Source: Rebecca billardiae RCC1528
Taxonomy: Eukaryota > Protista > Haptophyta
DNA length: 64,000 bases
NCBI GenBank assembly: GCA_965240325.2
Contig: OZ251255.1
Span: 62,001 to 126,000, forward strand
Direction: 5' to 3'
The notes under the pieces are model-generated. The model saw only the letters and a list, made by a program, of their open reading frames with translations, had not been told where the DNA came from and ran no database searches. A program made the position numbers and the translations under genes. This document shows, piece by piece, positions 57,029-64,000 of this stretch; positions within the stretch are counted from its first letter, which is position 1, and each line of letters opens with the position of its first letter.

Positions 57029-60000
57029 ATGCCGCGGCCGGCGTCGACCGATTGTCCCCGCGACGCGACCCCGCACGCCCGGCGCGCGCCTCGCGCACGC
57101 CCCGTCCCGGCCGTGCCGCCTCGGCGCGTCGGGCGCTCTCCGGCGGAGGCCACCCGCCGCCTCTCAGCCGCGCGCCGCCCCTCCGGCTCCGCACGCGCGC
57201 TGCGGGTGCGCAGCCGCCGCCCCGCGTGCCTCGCGCACGAACCGACCCACCTCTCGAGCGAGCCCCCAGCCGCTCGAACGCGCTTCGCTGGCCTCGTCGC
57301 AAGCGCTCTCGGCGGAGCGCGGCGCTCCGAGCGCCGCCCTCTGCCGCGGCTCCGCCCGAGTCCGCTGACGTTGACGCTGCGCCCGCGGGCGGCGGTGCCA
57401 CGACTTTGGCAGAGCTGCGTCGTGAGTGCCGCCAGCTCCATCCTCCCGCCGCCAGCCGCTGCGCTCACCGTGCTCTTGCTGCTCGCCGCCGCCGCCGCCC
57501 TCGCGGTGACCATCGCAGCGCTGGCGTTGCGCGGCCGCGCGCCACGACACCGCGCGCGCGCGCCGGGCGGCGTGCGCCCGCGCGCGCATGGGCCCTCGAC
57601 GCTGCTATGCTCGGCGCGCCGCTGGTTCCCCGCGGCGCACGCCTCGCCGCGTGCCTTGCGCCTCGCCGCCGTGAGCATGGCGCTCGCGCTCAGCGGCCCG
57701 ACCGCCGTGTCCGCGGACGCCGCGCCGACTGCCACGTCCACAGACGTCGCCCTCGCGTGGGGATCGAACCAGAATCTGAGCCCACCGCCGCCGAGCCCGT
57801 CGCCGCCGCCGCCGAGCCCGCCGCCCAGCCCACCGCCGCCCCCGCCGTCGTCGCCGCCGCCGTGCCCGCAGCTCGAGGCCCACCCGCTGTGGGTGGGCTG
57901 CGGCAGCACGTGCACGCAGATCTCGACCGAGTTCGAGTACGTGTGCGGCACCATCCCCACCGAGGTGGCGCACTTCTCCTCGCTCACGCTGCTCGACCTC
58001 GAGGCGAACCTGCTGACGGGCACGCTGCCCACCGAGCTGGGCGCGATGACGCAGCTCAAGTACGAGATCGACGTGGAGGCCAACCCGATCTCGGGCACGA
58101 TCCCGACGGAGCTGGGCCGGCTGAGCCTGCTCTGGCTGCTCATCTTCACCAACACGCCGCTCACCGGCACCCTCCCGACCGAGCTCGGCGGGCTGAGCGA
58201 CCTGCTCCAATTGTGCGCGCGCGTTGCGTTGCGCGTTGCGCGACGCGCGAAGCGCGCCGCGTGCGCGTGCGCCCTCCGCGTTGCAGCGGACTCACGCATG
58301 CCCCCGCGGCGCCCCCGTGCGCGCAGCCGGCTTGCGGACGTGAGTGGCGTGACCGGCACTGTCCCGAGCGGCATGCTCACGCTGCCCGACATGACCTCCG
58401 TGCAGCTCGCCAACTCGGGGCTGTGCGGAGGGCCGTACTCGTTCACGCGCTCGGGGGCGACGTACACCTTCCCGCCGTGCCCGCTGCCGCCGAGCCCGCC
58501 GCCTTCGCCGCCGCCCAGCCCTCCGCCCAGCCCTCCGCCGAGCCCGCCACCGCCATCGCCGTCACCGCCGCCGCCATCACCGCCGCCGCCGCCGCCGCCA
58601 TCCCCGCCGCCGAGCCCTCCGCCCAGCCCTCCGCCGCCGTCACCGCCGCCGTCACCACCACCAAGCCCGCCGCCCTCGCCGCCGCCGAGCCCGCCGCCGT
58701 CGCCTCCGCCGAGCCCGCCACCGAGCCCGCCGCCGAGCCCGCCGCCGTCGCCTCCGCCGAGCCCGCCGCCGAGCCCGCCGCCGAGCCCGCCGCCGCCCTC
58801 GCCGCCGCCGAGCCCACCGCCGAGCCCGCCACCGTCGCCGCCACCGCCGCCCTCGCCGCCGCCGTCTCCGCCGCCGAGCCCACCGCCGTCGCCTCCGCCC
58901 AGCCCGCCGCCGTCGCCGCCACCCAGCCCGCCGCCATCGCCACCGCCGCCGTCGCCACCGCCGTCCCCGCCGCCATCGCCGCCGCCGAGCCCGCCGCCGA
59001 GCCCGCCGCCGCCGTTGCTTCCGCCGCTGCCGCCTCCATCGCCGCCGCCCAGCCCTCCGCCCAGCCCTCCGCCGCCGTCACCGCCGCCGTCGCCACCACC
59101 GAGCCCGCCGCCATCGCTGCCGCCGTCGCCGCCGCCATCGCCGCCGCCATCGCCGCCGCCGAGCCCGCCGCCGAGCCCGCCCCCGCCGTTGCTTCCGCCG
59201 CTGCCGCCTCCATCGCCGCCGCCCAGCCCTCCGCCCAGCCCTCCGCCGCCGTCGCTGCCGCCGTCGCCACCGCCGAGCCCGCCGCCCTCGCCGCCGCCGA
59301 GCCCCCCGCCGTCGCCTCCGCCGAGCCAGCCACCGAGCCCGCCGCCGAGCCCGCCGCCACCCTCGCCGCCGCCGAGCCCACCGCCAAGCCCGCCACCATC
59401 GCCACCGCCTCCGCCCTCGCCGCCGCCGTCTCCGCCGCCGAGCCCACCGCCGTCGCCTCCGCCCAGCCCGCCGCCTTCGCCGCCACCCAGCCCGCCGCCA
59501 TCGCCACCGCCGCCGTCGCCACCGCCGTCCCCGCCGCCGGCGCCGCCGCCGAGCCCGCCGCCGAGCCCGCCGCCGCCGTTGCTTCCGCCGCTGCCGCCTC
59601 CATCGCCGCCGCCCAGCCCTCCGCCCAGCCCTCCACCGCCGTCGCCACCCCCGTCGCCTCCACCGAGTCCGCCGCCATCGCCGCCGCCGAGCCCGCCGCC
59701 GTCACCGCCGCCGAGCCCGCCACCAAGCCCGCCGCCGAGCCCGCCGCCGCCCTCGCCGCCGCCGAGCCCACCGCCAAGCCCACCACCATCGCCGCCACCG
59801 CCGCCCTCGCCGCCGCCGTCTCCGCCGCCGAGCCCACCGCCGTCGCCTCCGCCCAGCCCGCCGCCTTCGCCGCCACCCAGCCCGCCGCCATCGCCACCGC
59901 CGCCGTCGCCGCCGCCGTCCCCGCCGCCATCGCCGCCGCCGAGCCCGCCGCCGAGCCCGCCGCCGCCGTTGCTTCCGCCGCTGCCGCCTCCATCGCCGCC

Positions 60001-63000
60001 GCCCAGCCCTCCGCCCAGCCCTCCACCGCCGTCGTTACCCCCGTCGCCACCGCCAAGCCCGCCGCCCTCTCCGCCGCCGTCGCCTCCGCCGTCACCGCCG
60101 CCGAGCCCGCCACCGAGCCCGCCGCCGAGCCCGCCGCCGCCCTCGCCGCCGCCGAGCCCACCGCCAAGCCCGCCACCATCGCCACCGCCTCCGCCCTCGC
60201 CGCCACCGTCTCCGCCGCCGAGCCCACCGCCGTCGCCTCCGCCCAGCCCGCCGCCTTCGCCGCCACCCAGCCCGCCGCCGTCACCGCCGCCGCCGTCGCC
60301 GCCGCCATCGCCGCCACCATCACCGCCGCCGAGCCCGCCTCCGAGCCCGCCCCCGCCGTTGCTTCCGCCGCTGCCGCCTCCATCGCCGCCGCCGAGCCCT
60401 CCGCCGAGCCCTCCGCCGCCGTCGCCGCCACCGTCCCCACCGCCGAGCCCGCCGCCCTCGCCGCCGCCGAGCCCGCCGCCGTCGCCTCCGCCGAGCCCGC
60501 CGCCGAGCCCGCCGCCGAGCCCGCCGCCGCCCTCGCCGCCGCCGAGCCCACCGCCAAGCCCACCACCGTCGCCGCCACCGCCGCCCTCGCCGCCGCCGTC
60601 TCCGCCGCCGAGCCCACCGCCGTCGCCTCCGCCCAGCCCGCCGCCGTCGCCGCCACCCAGCCCGCCGCCATCGCCACCGCCGCCGTCGCCACCGCCGTCC
60701 CCGCCGCCATCGCCGCCGCCGAGCCCGCCGCCGAGCCCGCCGCCGCCGTTGCTTCCGCCGCTGCCGCCTCCATCGCCGCCGCCCAGCCCTCCGCCCAGCC
60801 CTCCACCGCCGTCGTCACCCCCGTCGCCACCGCCAAGCCCGCCGCCCTCGCCGCCGCCGTCGCCTCCGCCGTCACCGCCGCCGAGCCCGCCACCGAGCCC
60901 GCCGCCGAGCCCGCCGCCGCCCTCGCCGCCGCCGAGCCCACCGCCAAGCCCGCCACCATCGCCACCGCCTCCGCCCTCGCCGCCGCCGTCTCCGCCGCCG
61001 AGCCCACCGCCGTCGCCTCCGCCCAGCCCGCCGCCTTCGCCGCCACCCAGCCCGCCGCCGTCACCGCCGCCGCCGTCGCCGCCGCCATCGCCGCCACCAT
61101 CACCGCCGCCGAGCCCGCCTCCGAGCCCGCCCCCGCCGTTGCTTCCGCCGCTGCCGCCTCCATCGCCGCCGCCGAGCCCTCCGCCCAGCCCTCCGCCGCC
61201 GTCGCCGCCACCGTCCCCACCGCCGAGCCCGCCGCCCTCGCCGCCGCCGAGCCCGCCGCCGTCGCCTCCGCCGAGCCCGCCGCCGAGCCCGCCGCCGAGC
61301 CCGCCGCCGCCCTCGCCGCCGCCGAGCCCACCGCCGAGCCCGCCACCGTCGCCGCCACCGCCGCCCTCGCCGCCGCCGTCTCCGCCCCCGAGCCCCCCGC
61401 CGTCGCCTCCGCCCAGCCCGCCGCCGTCGCCGCCACCCAGCCCGCCGCCATCGCCACCGCCGCCGTCGCCACCGCCGTCCCCGCCGCCGGCGCCGCCGCC
61501 GAGCCCGCCGCCGAGCCCGCCGCCGCCGTTGCTTCCGCCGCTGCCGCCTCCATCGCCGCCGCCCAGCCCTCCGCCCAGCCCTCCACCGCCGTCGCCACCC
61601 CCTTCGCCTCCACCGAGTCCGCCGCCATCGCCGCCGCCGAGCCCGCCGCCGTCACCGCCGCCGAGCCCGCCACCAAGCCCGCCGCCGAGCCCGCCGCCGC
61701 CCTCGCCGCCGCCGAGCCCACCGCCAAGCCCGCCACCATCGCCGCCGCCGCCGCCCTCGCCGCCGCCGTCTCCGCCGCCGAGCCCACCGCCGTCGCCTCC
61801 GCCCAGCCCGCCGCCGTCGCCGCCGCCCAGCCCGCCGCCATCGCCACCGCCGCCGTCGCCACCGCCGTCGCCACCGCCATCGCCGCCGCCGAGCCCGCCG
61901 CCGAGCCCGCCGCCGCCGTTGCTTCCGCCGCTGCCGCCTCCATCGCCGCCGCCCAGCCCTCCGCCCAGCCCTCCGCCGCCGTCGCCGCCGCCGTCGCCAC
62001 CTCCGAGTCCGCCGCCCTCGCCGCCGCCGAGCCCGCCTCCGTCGCCTCCGCCGAGCCCGCCACCGAGCCCGCCGCCGAGCCCGCCGCCGCCCTCGCCGCC
62101 GCCGAGCCCACCGCCAAGCCCACCACCATCGCCGCCACCGCCGCCCTCGCCGCCGCCGTCTCCGCCGCCGAGCCCACCGCCGTCGCCTCCGCCCAGCCCG
62201 CCACCTTCGCCGCCGCCCAGCCCGCCGCCATCGCCACCGCCGCCGTCGCCACCGCCGTCCCCGCCGCCATCGCCGCCGCCGAGCCCGCCGCCGAGCCCGC
62301 CGCCGCCGTTGCTTCCGCCGCTGCCGCCTCCATCGCCGCCGCCCAGCCCTCCGCCCAGCCCTCCGCCGCCGTCGCCACCGCCGTCGCCACCGCCAAGCCC
62401 GCCGCCCTCGCCGCCGCCGAGCCCGCCTCCGTCGCCGCCGCCGAGCCCGCCACCAAGCCCGCCGCCGAGCCCGCCGCCGCCCTCGCCGCCGCCGAGCCCA
62501 CCGCCAAGCCCGCCACCATCGCCGCCGCCGCCGCCCTCGCCGCCGCCGTCTCCGCCGCCGAGCCCCCCGCCGTCGCCTCCGCCCAGCCCGCCGCCGTCGC
62601 CGCCGCCCAGCCCGCCGCCATCGCCACCGCCGCCGTCGCCACCGCCGTCGCCACCGCCATCGCCGCCGCCGAGCCCGCCGCCGAGCCCGCCGCCGCCGTT
62701 GCTTCCGCCGCTGCCGCCTCCATCGCCGCCGCCCAGCCCTCCGCCCAGCCCTCCGCCGCCGTCGCCGCCGCCGTCGCCACCTCCGAGTCCGCCGCCCTCG
62801 CCGCCGCCGAGCCCGCCTCCGTCGCCTCCGCCGAGCCCGCCACCGAGCCCGCCGCCGAGCCCGCCGCCGCCCTCGCCGCCGCCGAGCCCACCGCCAAGCC
62901 CACCACCATCGCCGCCACCGCCGCCCTCGCCGCCGCCGTCTCCGCCCCCGAGCCCCCCGCCGTCGCCTCCGCCCAGCCCGCCGCCGTCGCCGCCACCCAG

Positions 63001-64000
63001 CCCGCCGCCATCGCCACCGCCGCCGTCGCCGCCGCCGTCGCCGCCGCCATCGCCGCCGCCGAGCCCGCCGCCGAGCCCGCCGCCGCCGTTGCTTCCGCCG
63101 TCGCCGCCTCCATCGCCGCCGCCCCGCCCTCCGCCCAGCCCTCCACCGCCGTCGCCACCCCCGTCGCCACCGCCGAGCCCGCCGCCCTCGCCGCCGCCGA
63201 GCCCGCCGCCGTCACCGCCGCCGAGCTCGCCACCAAGCCCGCCGCCGAGCCCGCCGCCGCCCTCGCCGCCGCCGAGCCCACCGCCAAGCCCACCACCATC
63301 GCCGCCACCGCCGCCCTCGCCGCCGCCGTCTCCGCCGCCGAGCCCCCCGCCGTCGCCTCCGCCCAGCCCGCCACCTTCGCCGCCACCCAGCCCGCCGCCA
63401 TCGCCACCGCCGCCGTCGCCGCCGCCGTCCCCGCCGCCATCGCCGCCGCCGAGCCCGCCGCCGAGCCCGCCGCCGCCGTTGCTTCCGCCGCTGCCGCCTC
63501 CATCGCCGCCGCCCAGCCCTCCGCCCAGCCCTCCACCGCCGTCGCCACCCCCTTCGCCTCCACCGAGCCCGCCGCCATCGCCGCCGCCGAGCCCGCCGCC
63601 GTCACCGCCGCCGAGCCCGCCACCAAGCCCGCCGCCGAGCCCGCCGCCGCCCTCACCGCCGCCGAGCCCACCGCCAAGCCCACCACCATCGCCGCCACCG
63701 CCGCCCTCGCCGCCGCCGTCTCCGCCCCCGAGCCCACCGCCGTCGCCTCCGCCCAGCCCGCCGCCGTCGCCGCCACCCAGCCCGCCGCCATCGCCACCGC
63801 CGCCGTCGCCGCCGCCGTCCCCGCCGCCATCGCCGCCGCCGAGCCCGCCGCCGAGCCCGCCGCCGCCGTTGCTTCCGCCGCTGCCGCCTCCATCGCCGCC
63901 GCCCAGCCCTCCGCCCAGCCCTCCACCGCCGTCGCCACCCCCTTCGCCTCCACCGAGTCCGCCGCCATCGCCGCCGCCGAGCCCGCCGCCGTCGCCGCCG
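57029..64000 (+). CDS. LRR/extensin-like surface protein, paralogous to the giant receptor; intron 58213-58326; runs off the window; start uncertain (56954, 57029 or 57677)
   Basis: Open frame with hydrophobic AALTVLLLLAAAAALAVTIAALAL, then the same LRR cassette as 28653-29273, then uninterrupted Ser-Pro repeats. Confidence 0.8.
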   Translation, partial: MPRPASTDCPRDATPHARRAPRARPVPAVPPRRVGRSPAEATRRLSAARRPSGSARALRVRSRRPACLAHEPTHLSSEPPAARTRFAGLVASALGGARRSERRPLPRLRPSPLTLTLRPRAAVPRLWQSCVVSAASSILPPPAAALTVLLLLAAAAALAVTIAALALRGRAPRHRARAPGGVRPRAHGPSTLLCSARRWFPAAHASPRALRLAAVSMALALSGPTAVSADAAPTATSTDVALAWGSNQNLSPPPPSPSPPPPSPPPSPPPPPPSSPPPCPQLEAHPLWVGCGSTCTQISTEFEYVCGTIPTEVAHFSSLTLLDLEANLLTGTLPTELGAMTQLKYEIDVEANPISGTIPTELGRLSLLWLLIFTNTPLTGTLPTELGGLSDLLQLCARVALRVARRAKRAACACALRVAADSRMPPRRPRARSRLADVSGVTGTVPSGMLTLPDMTSVQLANSGLCGGPYSFTRSGATYTFPPCPLPPSPPPSPPPSPPPSPPPSPPPPSPSPPPPSPPPPPPPSPPPSPPPSPPPPSPPPSPPPSPPPSPPPSPPPSPPPSPPPSPPPSPPPSPPPSPPPSPPPSPPPPSPPPSPPPSPPPSPPPPPSPPPSPPPSPPPSPPPSPPPSPPPSPPPSPPPPSPPPSPPPSPPPSPPPSPPPPLLPPLPPPSPPPSPPPSPPPPSPPPSPPPSPPPSLPPSPPPSPPPSPPPSPPPSPPPPLLPPLPPPSPPPSPPPSPPPPSLPPSPPPSPPPSPPPSPPPSPPPSQPPSPPPSPPPPSPPPSPPPSPPPSPPPPPSPPPSPPPSPPPSPPPSPPPSPPPSPPPSPPPPSPPPSPPPAPPPSPPPSPPPPLLPPLPPPSPPPSPPPSPPPPSPPPSPPPSPPPSPPPSPPPSPPPSPPPSPPPSPPPPSPPPSPPPSPPPSPPPPPSPPPSPPPSPPPSPPPSPPPSPPPSPPPSPPPPSPPPSPPPSPPPSPPPSPPPPLLPPLPPPSPPPSPPPSPPPPSLPPSPPPSPPPSPPPSPPPSPPPSPPPSPPPSPPPPSPPPSPPPSPPPSPPPPPSPPPSPPPSPPPSPPPSPPPSPPPSPPPSPPPPSPPPSPPPSPPPSPPPSPPPPLLPPLPPPSPPPSPPPSPPPPSPPPSPPPSPPPSPPPSPPPSPPPSPPPSPPPSPPPPSPPPSPPPSPPPSPPPPPSPPPSPPPSPPPSPPPSPPPSPPPSPPPSPPPPSPPPSPPPSPPPSPPPSPPPPLLPPLPPPSPPPSPPPSPPPPSSPPSPPPSPPPSPPPSPPPSPPPSPPPSPPPSPPPPSPPPSPPPSPPPSPPPPPSPPPSPPPSPPPSPPPSPPPSPPPSPPPSPPPPSPPPSPPPSPPPSPPPSPPPPLLPPLPPPSPPPSPPPSPPPPSPPPSPPPSPPPSPPPSPPPSPPPSPPPSPPPSPPPPSPPPSPPPSPPPSPPPPPSPPPSPPPSPPPSPPPSPPPSPPPSPPPSPPPPSPPPSPPPAPPPSPPPSPPPPLLPPLPPPSPPPSPPPSPPPPSPPPSPPPSPPPSPPPSPPPSPPPSPPPSPPPSPPPPSPPPSPPPSPPPSPPPPPSPPPSPPPSPPPSPPPSPPPSPPPSPPPSPPPPSPPPSPPPSPPPSPPPSPPPPLLPPLPPPSPPPSPPPSPPPPSPPPSPPPSPPPSPPPSPPPSPPPSPPPSPPPSPPPPSPPPSPPPSPPPSPPPPPSPPPSPPPSPPPSPPPSPPPSPPPSPPPSPPPPSPPPSPPPSPPPSPPPSPPPPLLPPLPPPSPPPSPPPSPPPPSPPPSPPPSPPPSPPPSPPPSPPPSPPPSPPPSPPPPSPPPSPPPSPPPSPPPPPSPPPSPPPSPPPSPPPSPPPSPPPSPPPSPPPPSPPPSPPPSPPPSPPPSPPPPLLPPLPPPSPPPSPPPSPPPPSPPPSPPPSPPPSPPPSPPPSPPPSPPPSPPPSPPPPSPPPSPPPSPPPSPPPPPSPPPSPPPSPPPSPPPSPPPSPPPSPPPSPPPPSPPPSPPPSPPPSPPPSPPPPLLPPSPPPSPPPRPPPSPPPPSPPPSPPPSPPPSPPPSPPPSPPPSSPPSPPPSPPPPSPPPSPPPSPPPSPPPPPSPPPSPPPSPPPSPPPSPPPSPPPSPPPSPPPPSPPPSPPPSPPPSPPPSPPPPLLPPLPPPSPPPSPPPSPPPPSPPPSPPPSPPPSPPPSPPPSPPPSPPPSPPPSPPPPSPPPSPPPSPPPSPPPPPSPPPSPPPSPPPSPPPSPPPSPPPSPPPSPPPPSPPPSPPPSPPPSPPPSPPPPLLPPLPPPSPPPSPPPSPPPPSPPPSPPPSPPPSPPPSPPPSPP
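59160..64000 (+). repeat. Coding Ser-Pro array with a 390-bp (130-aa) higher-order unit, at least 12 copies
   Basis: Marker ccgttgcttccgccg (PLLPP) recurs every 390 bp: gcttccgccg at 59191, 59581, 59971 ... 63871. Confidence 0.95.

Overview
This is a very GC-rich (roughly 75-80% by eye), intron-containing eukaryotic window. The TTAGGG telomere motif, GTGYG donors and gene content suggest a microalga, probably a haptophyte of the Pavlovales type (inference). Most long six-frame ORFs are GC shadows. 1-25.6 kb is gene-dense: RCC1-repeat fragment, degenerate GH18/narbonin-like protein with acidic tail, NEK kinase, ATP-grasp ligase, stand-alone bHLH-MYC_N/GAF-like protein, NOP10, 2OG-Fe(II) oxygenase, CodA-like deaminase head-to-head with a PTS2-bearing Rid protein, mitochondrial mL43, MBOAT wax-synthase-like protein and a hypothetical ORF. 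26.0-47.2 kb is one reconstructed ~6,660-aa polycystin-1/REJ-like surface receptor (RCC1 propeller, 2x LRR cassette, ~2,250-aa Ser-Pro stalk, IPT, PKD/REJ, EGF, GPS, TMs, EF-hand). 47.5-54.9 kb is a transposase-free cluster of TIR elements, including a CACAGTG-ended element and a TA-flanked composite of two 782-bp mariner-like MITEs around cargo. From ~57 kb a second gene reuses the same LRR cassette (intron included) on a different Ser-Pro stalk. Strongest leads: (1) telomeric CCCTAA tracts always on the sense strand and positioned to supply the CTAAC branch point of introns; (2) a modular LRR-cassette/stalk receptor family; (3) the eukaryotic composite transposon.
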